A stretch of 64,000 nt of DNA. Source: Candidatus Binatia bacterium (GTDB lineage Bacteria; Desulfobacterota; Binatia; UBA1149; CAITLU01). The stretch covers positions 626 through 64,625 of the forward strand of contig DASXOZ010000011.1 of the NCBI GenBank assembly GCA_036493895.1, in the 5' to 3' direction. The position numbers and the translations under genes are program-made. Of this stretch, positions 53,316-62,909 are shown in pieces (the first letter of the stretch is position 1; each line of letters starts with the position of its first letter). The notes under the pieces are model-generated. The model worked only from the letters and a program-made list of their open reading frames with translations. It was not told where the DNA came from and made no database searches.

Positions 53316-55172
53316 GTGCCACTGGTGGTGGCGGCCCTGGCAATGCTTTCCACCGGTTGCGCGACGATCTCGCGCACTCTCCAGCCTCTCGGCCTCACGA
53401 AAGCTCCCGGTTACAACTACGACGTTCGCATCACCGGCGCCGATTCGGATGTGACCGACCGTATCGAGGAAGTCTCGGCGTTGTTCGCGAAAAAGGGACA
53501 GCCTCCGGCGACGGTGCAGGGCCTCAAGCGACGGACCCAGTCGGACCGTGACCTCTACCTTCGCGTGCTGCGCTCGCGAGGCTACTATGACGGCAAGGTC
53601 GAATGGTCGATCGACCAGGCCGCCAGGCCGCCGGTCGTCACGATGAAAGTGACGCCGGGCAGCGCGTATACGTTCTCCCGTTTCCAGATCGAGGGTCTTC
53701 CGCCGGAGGCGGCATCGCTGGCGACCGGCGACAGCCTGGACCCCGTCAAGACCGGCGCGCCGGCGCTTGCCGAGTCGGTGCTCAATGCCGAGACGGTGCT
53801 CGTTGCCGGCCTCGCCGCGCATGGTTTCCCGTACACGGCGCCTCCGGTGCACGAGGCCAGGATCGATCGCAGGTCGCGCACGATGGACGTCGTCGTGCAC
53901 ATCGACGCCGGTCCCCACGTTCGATTCGGTGAGCCGCGCGTCGCGGGAACCCAGCACGTCAGCAAGCAGTTCGTGATCAACAGGCTGCGGTTTCACGCCG
54001 GCGAAGCGTATTCGCCGGCGAAGATCGACGAGTCGCGCAAGATCCTGTTCGCCAGCGGCGTATTCTCGGCCGTCAGCATCACCCCGGCAAGCCGCGGTGA
54101 AGTCGGCCCCGACGGCCTCGCCCCGATCAACGTGCACGTGACCGAAGGCAAACCGCACACCGTGGGTGCGGGGCTCAAGTACTCGTCGGCCGACGGGATC
54201 GGCGGCAAGGCGTTCTGGGAGAACCGCAACCTCACAGGAATTGCCGACCGGCTGCGCGCCGAGCTGGAAGTCAGTCAGGAAATCTACACCGGCGGCCTCT
54301 CGTATCGGCGGCCGGATTTCTACAGCGTCAACCAGAGCCTGCTGCTCGATGCGAAAGCCGAAAACGACAAGCCGCCGGCGTACGATCGCTACGCACTTTC
54401 GACGTCGGCCGGGCTCGAGCGCCAGTTCTCGCGGCACCTGACCGTGACGGGCGGCCTTTCGCTGGAGCAGTCGTCGGTGCGCAGCGAAGCCGACCTGATC
54501 GACGGTCCCCCGGAAGTTCCCTCCAACGTCAGCGGCACCAAGCACTACACGCTGTTCGGGCTCCCGCTCGGGCTTCGCTACGACGGGACCGACAATCTTC
54601 TGGATCCCTCCCACGGCCACCGCACGCTGCTCAGCGTGACTCCGTTTGCGAGCGTGCTCGGCACGCGCGTGCAGATCGCGGTGATGAGGGCGACCGAAAG
54701 TTTTTACGTACCGCTCGACTCGCGCCACCGCGAGATCTGGGCCACGCGCCTGACGCTCGGCTCCGTGGTCGGCGCCGAGCGCAACGACATTCCTGCCGAC
54801 AAGCGCATGTACGCCGGCGGCGGCGACTCGGTGCGCGGCTACCAGTACCAGTTTGTCGGCGACATCTTTCCGGACTCCTCCAGCGGGAAGCTCGAGTGGA
54901 AGCCGTCGGGAGGCCGCTCGCTGCTGCAGGCCGGCACCGAGCTTCGCTGGAAGGCGACCGAGCGCCTGGGCATCGTGCCGTTCGTCGAGGGGGCAGGCGT
55001 TTACGACGCCGGTTATCCCGATTTCCAGAAGACGTTCCGCTGGGCGGCCGGGCTCGGACTTCGCTACTTTACGGTGGCGGGACCGATCCGGCTGGACGTG
55101 GGTTTTCCGGTCAATGCTCGCAAGGCCGACGACATCTTCCAGATCTACATCAGCCTGGGGCAGGCGTTCTGA
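53316..55172 (+). CDS. tamA: Omp85-family translocation and assembly module outer-membrane subunit
   Basis: POTRA-like RSRGYYDG and GFP, GYQYQ/RGY motif, AAGLGLRYFTVAGPIRLDVGFP, C-terminal YISLGQAF. Start approximate; LSTGC lipobox-like motif. Confidence 0.9.
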   Translation: MPLVVAALAMLSTGCATISRTLQPLGLTKAPGYNYDVRITGADSDVTDRIEEVSALFAKKGQPPATVQGLKRRTQSDRDLYLRVLRSRGYYDGKVEWSIDQAARPPVVTMKVTPGSAYTFSRFQIEGLPPEAASLATGDSLDPVKTGAPALAESVLNAETVLVAGLAAHGFPYTAPPVHEARIDRRSRTMDVVVHIDAGPHVRFGEPRVAGTQHVSKQFVINRLRFHAGEAYSPAKIDESRKILFASGVFSAVSITPASRGEVGPDGLAPINVHVTEGKPHTVGAGLKYSSADGIGGKAFWENRNLTGIADRLRAELEVSQEIYTGGLSYRRPDFYSVNQSLLLDAKAENDKPPAYDRYALSTSAGLERQFSRHLTVTGGLSLEQSSVRSEADLIDGPPEVPSNVSGTKHYTLFGLPLGLRYDGTDNLLDPSHGHRTLLSVTPFASVLGTRVQIAVMRATESFYVPLDSRHREIWATRLTLGSVVGAERNDIPADKRMYAGGGDSVRGYQYQFVGDIFPDSSSGKLEWKPSGGRSLLQAGTELRWKATERLGIVPFVEGAGVYDAGYPDFQKTFRWAAGLGLRYFTVAGPIRLDVGFPVNARKADDIFQIYISLGQAF

Positions 55173-58100
55173 TGCGCGCGATGCGAAGACTCCTGCTGTC
55201 GCTCGTCGCCGTCATCGCGGTGCTCGTCATTGTCGTCATGGCCTTGTACGGGGCGGTCGCGTCCGGCCGGCTGACGAGCCGCCTCGATGCGATCATCACG
55301 ACGCTGGCGCAGAAGAAGGGCTCCTTCTTCGTTACGGCCGAGGGAGTTTCCGGAGACGATATTCCGGGGCACTTCCGCGTGCACAAGGTCGAAGTCGGCG
55401 ATGCGTACGGCGTGTGGCTGACGGTCGAGGACGGCGAGGCGAGCTGGAACCCGTTCGACCTTTTTCATCCGTTCGACAGCGTCAAATGGCGCGTCAACGT
55501 CGACGACGTGCACGCGCGCCACGTGCTCTGGACGAGGCTTCCTCGAGACGGACCCGACGAGCCGGAGACGCCGTTCCACTGGGACCGCTTCATCCGGATT
55601 CTCGTCGGCCACATCCTCGTGGACGACTTCGAGCTTTCCGGCGCCATCCTCGGCGGCGCCGACGACCACGTTCGCGCCGAAGGGCACGGGGTGCTCGGCG
55701 AATGGGATCACGGGCGCGTGGTGCTCGATATCGTCCACGTCGATTCCGCAACCGGACACGCCCGCGTCGATCTCGAGACGCACGGGTCTCCGCTGCAATT
55801 GTCGGGAAGCATTGTCGCGGAGGAAGGAGCCGGCGGTGCGCTCGCGGCGCTCGCGCGGCTGCGCGACGCGGGCGCCGTGACGTTGAACGCGAGCGGTTCG
55901 GGGCCGATGCGCGACTGGAAAGGCAAGGCCGACGTCACGGCGGCCAATATCGGCGACCTCCACGCGACGACGTCGCTCGCATTCACCGCGGACGGTCCTT
56001 TCGAGGCCCGCGGGACGTTCGATCCGGCGCCCGCCCAACGAGAAAAATACCTCGTCGGGCCCGGCGCTCCGCTGGCGATCCATGCAAAGGGCGACTGGGC
56101 ACCCCAGGTCGAAGTGAAGATCGACGAGGCCACGCTGGATGCCGATGGGCGCAAGCTTGCGGCCAGCGGCCGCCTCGATCTCGCGACCAGGCAGTTCCAC
56201 GTTTCCGGCTCGCTGACGCGCCCTTCGGACGATGCCCCGGTCGTGCTCACGCTGCTCTCGGCGGCTTCTGCACGCATCGACGGCAGCGGTGTGCTCGGCG
56301 ACGGCGGCTACCTCGATGCCACGCTCGACGTCGACGCACCGTCGCGTGCCGACGTGCATGCAAGGAGCGCCCACGCCGATTTCCACGCCAGGGACGTCAA
56401 GGGCGACAGCGTCCCGACTTACGATCTGGCGGCCACGTTCGATGCCCTCGGCCTCGGCGACGGACCGTTGCCGCTGTTCGGAGAGCACGGCAGCCTCCAG
56501 GCATCTGGATCGATCGATCTTTCCGCCGGCGTGCTCGATGCACCGCGTTTTCGCGCCGAAGGCAAGGACGTCGTCGTCGACGGACCGCTGTCGTTTTTCG
56601 ATGACTGGAAATCGATGAAGGCTTCGCTCGCACTGCATGCGTCGTCGCTCGCGACGCTCTCGCAGCTTGCGAAGACGGATGTTGCAGGAAAGGCCGAGGC
56701 GACGTTCGAGGTGAATTCGCGATCGGCGCTGAAGGATCTCGACGTGGATGCTGCCGGCCAGGCATCCGGCGTCGCGATCGCCGAAGCCGGATGGAACGCG
56801 CTCATCGGACCCGAAGCGACGTTCAAGGCATCGCTTCACTCTGCTGCCGGCAAGCCCGGGCACGGTGATCTCGAGGTCGATGCGACCGGCATCCACGCGG
56901 CCGCAAAGGGGGACGTCGATGCGGACGGAGAAAATCTCACTGCCGACGGGAATTTTCGCCTCGACAATCTCGCACGCCTGGCCGAGCCCGCTCGTGCTGC
57001 GATCGCCGGACGCCTCGAAGGCAGCGTGAGCGCCCGCGGCACGCTCGCGGACTTTTCGATGACGGCAAAACTTGCCGGCGATCGGTTCTCGTGGGAGGGC
57101 ACGCGCTTCGACCGCGTGACGGCCGACGTGGCCGCCGATGGCCTGCCGTCGAAATGGAACGCCTCGGTGCGCTCCCGCGCGAGCTACGGCAAGCTCGATG
57201 CGAGCCTGGACGCCGCTGCATCGATGCCGGCGCCGCAGCGGCTCGTGCTTCGCGATGTCGTGCTCAAGGGACCGCAGACCGATGCCCGCGCATCGCTCGA
57301 CATCGATCTCGAGGACCGCACGGCCTCCGGCAAGGTCACGATCACCAGCGCCGACCTGGCCGCGTGGCGACCGATGACCGGAATCGCGCTTTCGGGCGCC
57401 GTGCGTGCAGACCTGACGCTCGGCTCTCGCGCCGGCGGCCGCTCGGGCGACACGACGCTCGTCAGCGGCAGCGCAAGCATTCGCGGCGGACAGCTTCCTG
57501 TCGGATCTTCGATCGTTGCCATCGGGACCATCGACGTCGAAGCCGACGGTCTCGAGCTTGGCGCGACGCCCGGAGGCGTCGCGCGCCTTCACGCTGGTAA
57601 CGTACGGTCCGGCGAGCTGCTGCTGGCCGATGCAAACGCCGAGCTGCGCGGCGACGGGCGGCTGTGGAACGTCACGTCGCACGTCGATGTGAGACGCGAC
57701 GGCCAGCTCCTGCTCGATCTGGCCGGCACCCTGCTTTCTTCCAATGCACCGGAGGTCACGCTGACCAGGGCTGACGGCACGGCGGCAGGGGTTCGAGTGT
57801 CGCTGGCGCAGCCTGCGACGCTGCGACTGGCTTCGCGCGACGCTGCGAAGTGGGACCTCTCGTCGTTGGCGCTCGCGCTCGGCGACAGCGGCCACGTGAC
57901 GGTGCATGCGTCGCGAGGCCCGTCCGGCGTCCACATCGACGGCGATGCCACCACGCTTCCGCTGGAAGTCGTATCGTTCGTCGCGCCGTCGCTCGACCTC
58001 AAGGGGTCGGTGGACGGCAGCGTGCTCTTCGACGGTGCGAGCCTGATCGGCGGCAGCGGATCGCTGACGCTGCACGGACACCACATCATCAGTGCGGATC

Positions 58101-59584
58101 TCGAGGACGACGCGAGCGCACCGCTCGACGTCAGCGCCAACGGCACTCTCGGCAAAGGAAGGCTTTCCGGCTCCGCATCCGTGCTCGGTCTCAAGGACAC
58201 GAGCATCGACCTGACGCTGGACGCGCCGCTCAGCTCGGCCGCGGCCGCCGGCGCGGTGGTCGTGGACCTCAGGTGGAAAGGCGACGTCGCCCAGGCCGAG
58301 GCACTGCTGCCGATCGGGGAAGACCAGGTTTCCGGGCATATCGACGCCGACCTCAAGCTTTCGGGCAACGTGTCCGCTCCGCGCGTGACCGGCCGCGCGG
58401 TGCTCGACGGGGGCGGCTGGGAGCATTCCCAGTCCGGACTGGTGCTGCGCGACGTGCATGCCGAGCTGGAAGGCGACGGCACCGCGCTGGTGCTGCGCAG
58501 CCTCACCGCGACCGACAGCGAGAAGGGCAGGATCGATGCGCACGGGCGCATCGACTTCCAGGGTTTTCCGGCCTTCGACGCAAGCTTCGACCTCGATGCG
58601 AAGAATGCCATGCTCGCGCGTCTCGACCTGGTGACGGCCAAGGCCGACGCGACGATTTCGGTCCGCGCTTCCCGCGGCGCGGAGCACGATGCGGCGGTGG
58701 AAGGCGAAGTAAAGGGGTCGGTGCACGTCGATGACGCGCGCATCGAAATCCCGCAGAAGTTCGTCGCCGACGTGCCCGAGATCGACGTGATCGACGTCGC
58801 TGCCCAGCTCGAACACGCTGCCGAGCTTGCGCCGGCACCGCGCCGCTCGCGTCTCGCGCTCGACGTCGATGTCACCGGCGACAACAGGATTTTCCTCACC
58901 GGCCGCGGGCTGGATTCCGAGTGGAGCAGCGACGTGCACGTGCGCGGCGATACCGCCGATCCGCGAGTGCAGGGCACGGTGACCTCGGTGCGTGGGCAGC
59001 TCAGCCTGCTCGGACGCCGCTTCGACGTCACCAACGGCACGCTCCGTTTCGATGGAGACAAGGGCAACGTGCCCTACCTGACGCTCACCGCGCAGGCAGA
59101 AGCCAACGACATCACGGCGTTCGCCGACATCACCGGGCCTGCAACCAAGCCGACGATCGAGCTTCGCTCCGAGCCGGCCCTTCCGCGCGACGAAGTCCTC
59201 TCGCGCGTGCTGTTCGGCCAGAGCGCCGCGACCCTGACGCCGATGCAGAGCATTCAGCTCGCCCGCTCGATCGCCGAGCTGACCGGCAGCCCTCTCGGCG
59301 GGGGAGGCGATTTCCTCGGCGGCATCGGCCGTTCGATCGGCCTGGATCGCCTCGGCATCGATTCGACCGAGAGCAAGACCAGCTCCGGAAGCAGCGGGGC
59401 TGCTGCGCTCACGGCCAGCAAGTACCTGACTTCCAACGTCTACCTGCGCGTGCAGCAGGGCCTGACGCCGGAGACGAGCGCGCTCAGCCTCGAATGGAAA
59501 GTGCTCAAGCACATCACGATCGAAAGCGACGTCAGCCAGGACGCCCAGGGTGAAGTGGGCGCCACCTGGCGTTGGGACTACTAG
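55172..59584 (+). CDS. tamB: Translocation and assembly module inner-membrane subunit (DUF490)
   Basis: N-terminal TM anchor and long beta-rich body; GRGLDSEW, GRRFDV, ASKYLTSNVYL, terminal WRWDY; coupled to tamA. Confidence 0.9.
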   Translation: MRAMRRLLLSLVAVIAVLVIVVMALYGAVASGRLTSRLDAIITTLAQKKGSFFVTAEGVSGDDIPGHFRVHKVEVGDAYGVWLTVEDGEASWNPFDLFHPFDSVKWRVNVDDVHARHVLWTRLPRDGPDEPETPFHWDRFIRILVGHILVDDFELSGAILGGADDHVRAEGHGVLGEWDHGRVVLDIVHVDSATGHARVDLETHGSPLQLSGSIVAEEGAGGALAALARLRDAGAVTLNASGSGPMRDWKGKADVTAANIGDLHATTSLAFTADGPFEARGTFDPAPAQREKYLVGPGAPLAIHAKGDWAPQVEVKIDEATLDADGRKLAASGRLDLATRQFHVSGSLTRPSDDAPVVLTLLSAASARIDGSGVLGDGGYLDATLDVDAPSRADVHARSAHADFHARDVKGDSVPTYDLAATFDALGLGDGPLPLFGEHGSLQASGSIDLSAGVLDAPRFRAEGKDVVVDGPLSFFDDWKSMKASLALHASSLATLSQLAKTDVAGKAEATFEVNSRSALKDLDVDAAGQASGVAIAEAGWNALIGPEATFKASLHSAAGKPGHGDLEVDATGIHAAAKGDVDADGENLTADGNFRLDNLARLAEPARAAIAGRLEGSVSARGTLADFSMTAKLAGDRFSWEGTRFDRVTADVAADGLPSKWNASVRSRASYGKLDASLDAAASMPAPQRLVLRDVVLKGPQTDARASLDIDLEDRTASGKVTITSADLAAWRPMTGIALSGAVRADLTLGSRAGGRSGDTTLVSGSASIRGGQLPVGSSIVAIGTIDVEADGLELGATPGGVARLHAGNVRSGELLLADANAELRGDGRLWNVTSHVDVRRDGQLLLDLAGTLLSSNAPEVTLTRADGTAAGVRVSLAQPATLRLASRDAAKWDLSSLALALGDSGHVTVHASRGPSGVHIDGDATTLPLEVVSFVAPSLDLKGSVDGSVLFDGASLIGGSGSLTLHGHHIISADLEDDASAPLDVSANGTLGKGRLSGSASVLGLKDTSIDLTLDAPLSSAAAAGAVVVDLRWKGDVAQAEALLPIGEDQVSGHIDADLKLSGNVSAPRVTGRAVLDGGGWEHSQSGLVLRDVHAELEGDGTALVLRSLTATDSEKGRIDAHGRIDFQGFPAFDASFDLDAKNAMLARLDLVTAKADATISVRASRGAEHDAAVEGEVKGSVHVDDARIEIPQKFVADVPEIDVIDVAAQLEHAAELAPAPRRSRLALDVDVTGDNRIFLTGRGLDSEWSSDVHVRGDTADPRVQGTVTSVRGQLSLLGRRFDVTNGTLRFDGDKGNVPYLTLTAQAEANDITAFADITGPATKPTIELRSEPALPRDEVLSRVLFGQSAATLTPMQSIQLARSIAELTGSPLGGGGDFLGGIGRSIGLDRLGIDSTESKTSSGSSGAAALTASKYLTSNVYLRVQQGLTPETSALSLEWKVLKHITIESDVSQDAQGEVGATWRWDY

Positions 59585-59654
59585 CCGTGTGCCGGCTCGC
59601 GGGCGTCGTGCTCGAAGAACTCCTTCCTCCGTTGCATCGCACCGTCGCCAGCCG

Positions 59655-60416
59655 TCACTGCCCGATCGTCAGCCCTCCGTCGATGATGTGCACCTGTCCG
59701 GTGATGAGGTCGTTGGTGACGAGCGCAACGATTGCGGCGGCGACGTCTTCCGGCTCGCACACTTTCTTCAGCACCGCACGCGCCGTGGCGAGCTGCTCGA
59801 TCATCTCGTAGCTCTCGCCGTAGCCTTCCTGGAGCCAGCGCCCGCGGATGAAGCCCGGTGCGACGGCATTGACGCGGATGGAAGGGCCGAGCGCGCGTGC
59901 CAGCGTCAGCGTCAGGTTGTTGAGCGCGGCCTTGGACGCGCAGTACGGGATCGACGATCCGACGCCGTTGGTGCCCGCGATGCTCGAGGTCATGACGATC
60001 GCGCCGCCGCCGGCCGAATCCATCGCCGCCTTCACGGCGCGCGCGCATTGAAAAGGCCCGATGAGATTGACGCCGAGGATGCGCTGCCAGACTTGCGGCG
60101 TCAGGCGGTCGAGCTCGTGGTGCGCGATGAATTCGGTGGTGCCGGCATTGGCGACCAGTACGTCGATGCGACCAAGCTCGGCCGTGGCGGTCGCAGCGAG
60201 GCGGCGGCAGTCGTCGTCGGCGGCGACGTCGGCCTGGACGGCGATTGCCCGGACGCCGAGGGCGCGCGCTTCGGCGGCTGTCTCCTCCGCGGCCTGCTTC
60301 GACTTCGAGTAGTTGACCGCGACCGAGCAGCCCCGGCCGGCCAGCATCAGGGCCGTCGCCCGTCCGACACCGGTCCCGCCGCCCGTTATGACTGCAGCTT
60401 TTCCGTCCAGATTCAT
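59655..60416 (-). CDS. SDR family oxidoreductase
   Basis: LDGKAAVITGGGTGVG, VANAG, YCASK, NAVAPGFI. Confidence 0.92.
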   Translation of the reverse strand: MNLDGKAAVITGGGTGVGRATALMLAGRGCSVAVNYSKSKQAAEETAAEARALGVRAIAVQADVAADDDCRRLAATATAELGRIDVLVANAGTTEFIAHHELDRLTPQVWQRILGVNLIGPFQCARAVKAAMDSAGGGAIVMTSSIAGTNGVGSSIPYCASKAALNNLTLTLARALGPSIRVNAVAPGFIRGRWLQEGYGESYEMIEQLATARAVLKKVCEPEDVAAAIVALVTNDLITGQVHIIDGGLTIGQ

Positions 60417-60435
60417 CACTTTTCCCTCATTTCGG

Positions 60436-60454
60436 CCGGCAGCCTGGCTGCCGG
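60436..60454. promoter_or_regulatory. Perfect 19-bp palindrome in a divergent intergenic region
   Basis: ccggcagcc-t-ggctgccgg between the SDR and the HTH-aminotransferase gene. Confidence 0.35.
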
Positions 60455-60514
60455 AGCATTGATATCCCCAATTTTCTACTTTCTTCCCACTGGTGATCTG
60501 TTAGGATCGCCGTT

Positions 60515-62074
60515 GTGACGGAAAAGAAAGACGAAGTCCCGGTCTCATCCCAGGCGCTGCTGACGATGAAAGAGGTGGCCGCCCGCACCGGCCTGCACCT
60601 CAAATCCGTCTACCGCCTGGCCGAGCGCGGCCAGCTTCGCACCGTGCGAGTCGGAAACCGCACGCTGCGCGTCCCGGCCAGCGCTCTTGCCGACCTCGCG
60701 TCGGGCCGAGACGACCAGCAGGAGGCCGGGCCGGTGCCCGGCGCGGAGGCAGACGTGTCCCAAGAACAAGGCGCAGTTCCTTCCCGTCGTCGCGGCCCGA
60801 TGCAACCGGTCCTCAAGTCCGACAAGCTGCGGAGCGTCTGTTACGACATCCGCGGTCCGGTGCTCGCCCGCGCCAAGCAGATGGAGGACGAGGGCCAGCG
60901 CGTCATCAAGCTGAACATCGGCAACCCGGCCGCATTCGGATTCCGCGCGCCCGAGGAGATCGTCCAGGACGTCATCCACAACCTTCCCGACGCGTCGGGC
61001 TACTGCGATTCGAAGGGGCTGTTCGCGGCGCGCAAGGCGATCATGCACTACACGCAGACCAAGGGCGTGCGTGGAGTGACGATCGAAGACATCTACATCG
61101 GCAACGGCGTGAGCGAGCTGATCTCGATGACGATGAACGCGCTGCTGAACAACGGCGACGAAGTGCTGATCCCCGCACCCGACTACCCGCTGTGGACCGC
61201 CGCGGTCACGCTCTCCGGAGGCACGCCGCGCCACTACCTGTGCGACGAGAGCAAGGGCTGGATTCCCGACCTTGCCGACCTGCGCTCGAAGATCACGTCG
61301 CGCACCCGTGCGCTGGTCGTCATCAATCCCAACAATCCGACCGGCGTGCTTTACCCCGACAGCGTGCTGCGCGAGCTCGTCGCGATCGCGCGCGAGCACG
61401 GCCTGATCATCTACGCCGACGAGATCTACGACAAGGTCCTCTTCGACGGGCTGCGGCACACGGCGATCTCCACGCTGACCGGTGACCTGCTGTGCCTCAC
61501 CTTCGGCGGCCTGTCGAAGAACTGGCGCGCCTGCGGTTACCGCTCGGGCTGGTGCATCGTCACCGGCGACAAGAGCCAGGCGCGCGACTACATCGAAGGC
61601 CTCGACATCCTGGCGTCGATGCGTCTTTGCGCGAACGTCCCGGGGCAGCACGCGATCCAGACGGCGCTCGGAGGATACCAGAGCATCGACGATCTCGTCG
61701 CTCCGGGCGGCCGCCTGACGCGCCAGCGCGACCTTGCGTGGGAAATGCTGACGGCCATCCCTGGTGTGACCTGCGTCAAACCGCAGGCGGCGATGTACCT
61801 GTTCCCGCGCCTGGACCCGGAGATCTATCCGATCGAGGACGACGAGCAGTTCGTGCTCGAGTTCCTGTCGGAGGAAAAGGTGCTCGTGGTGCAGGGCACC
61901 GGCTTCAACTGGCCGTCCCACGATCATCTTCGCGTCGTGTTCCTGCCCAACCCCGACGACCTCACCGAGGCCATCGGGCGCTTCGCGCGCTTCCTCGAGG
62001 GGTACCGCCAACGCCACGCCGGCCACCGCGCGCGCAAGGCGGCGGCGGGCACCGAGGCCACCGCGGTGGCCTGA
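60515..62074 (+). CDS. alaA: Excisionase-type HTH domain fused to an AlaA-like PLP-dependent aminotransferase
   Basis: LLTMKEVAARTGLHLKSVYRLAERGQLRTVRVG (HTH_17-like), a linker, then KSDKLRSVCYDIRGP, KLNIGNP, GNGVSELI, NPNNPTG, DEIYDK, GGLSK. Confidence 0.85.
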   Translation: MTEKKDEVPVSSQALLTMKEVAARTGLHLKSVYRLAERGQLRTVRVGNRTLRVPASALADLASGRDDQQEAGPVPGAEADVSQEQGAVPSRRRGPMQPVLKSDKLRSVCYDIRGPVLARAKQMEDEGQRVIKLNIGNPAAFGFRAPEEIVQDVIHNLPDASGYCDSKGLFAARKAIMHYTQTKGVRGVTIEDIYIGNGVSELISMTMNALLNNGDEVLIPAPDYPLWTAAVTLSGGTPRHYLCDESKGWIPDLADLRSKITSRTRALVVINPNNPTGVLYPDSVLRELVAIAREHGLIIYADEIYDKVLFDGLRHTAISTLTGDLLCLTFGGLSKNWRACGYRSGWCIVTGDKSQARDYIEGLDILASMRLCANVPGQHAIQTALGGYQSIDDLVAPGGRLTRQRDLAWEMLTAIPGVTCVKPQAAMYLFPRLDPEIYPIEDDEQFVLEFLSEEKVLVVQGTGFNWPSHDHLRVVFLPNPDDLTEAIGRFARFLEGYRQRHAGHRARKAAAGTEATAVA

Positions 62075-62084
62075 GGACCCGGGG

Positions 62085-62816
62085 TTACGGCGGCCCGAGG
62101 CTGTCGGCCTGGCCGGCCACGCCGACTTCGGTCGCGAGCTTGGCGACGTTCTTGATCCAGACGTAGCCGCTGCCGGTTTCGACCAGGCCGTCCTTCTTCC
62201 ACTGTTGCAGGATCTTGTTGACCGTCTCGCGCGAGCTCGAGATGCTCGCCGCCAGCTCGCGCTGGGGCAGGCGGTGCAGCACGCGAAGGCCTTCGCCGGT
62301 GGTCTCGCTGTTGACCTTCGCGAAATCGAGCAGGCAGCGGAACAGGCGCGCGGCCGGCGACAGGAACGCCGAACGCTCGGCCATCTCGTTGGTCGCGCGC
62401 AGCTTGCCGCACACGACCGACAGCACGCGGAACAACAGGTCGGTGCGCACGCGCAGGAAGTCGAGCACCGACTGGCGGTCGAGGCTGAGCAGCGTCACGT
62501 TGGTGAGCGCCACCGCGTCGGCCGATCGCTCGCGGCCGTCGAGCACCGACAGCTCGCCGAAGAGCTGGCCGCGCTCGACGATGTTGAGCAGCAGCTCGGT
62601 GTTGCGCGGCGATGTCGCAATGATCTTGACGCGTCCGGAGACGACGATCAGCATCGTGTCGCCCGGCGCCCCGCGGTGCAGCAGCACCGTGTCGGCCTTG
62701 GCGCGCACGACGCGCACGGCGTCGGCAAGCGGGGCCACCTCGGCGTCCTGGAGGCCGCGGAAAAGCAGCGACTGACGCAGCAGGGTGCAGATCTCGCGAA
62801 TCGACGGCTCGCTCAT
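62085..62816 (-). CDS. Crp/Fnr family transcriptional regulator
   Basis: cNMP-binding GELSVLDGRERSADAVA and C-terminal HTH LPQRELAASISSSRETVNKIL. Confidence 0.92.
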   Translation of the reverse strand: MSEPSIREICTLLRQSLLFRGLQDAEVAPLADAVRVVRAKADTVLLHRGAPGDTMLIVVSGRVKIIATSPRNTELLLNIVERGQLFGELSVLDGRERSADAVALTNVTLLSLDRQSVLDFLRVRTDLLFRVLSVVCGKLRATNEMAERSAFLSPAARLFRCLLDFAKVNSETTGEGLRVLHRLPQRELAASISSSRETVNKILQQWKKDGLVETGSGYVWIKNVAKLATEVGVAGQADSLGPP

Positions 62817-62909
62817 CGGCAGCTAGATACGGCAGGCGCCGGGCTTAGGAAAGAAGCCGAACCGAGGGGCAATGCGATGCGCACCGGCCGGTAGGCATCG
62901 ATCCGTGGG

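Noticed and set aside
60515-60700. Prophage or ICE excisionase marking a mobile element
   Set aside because: The HTH is fused in frame to a housekeeping aminotransferase, and no integrase, att-like repeat or phage gene is nearby.
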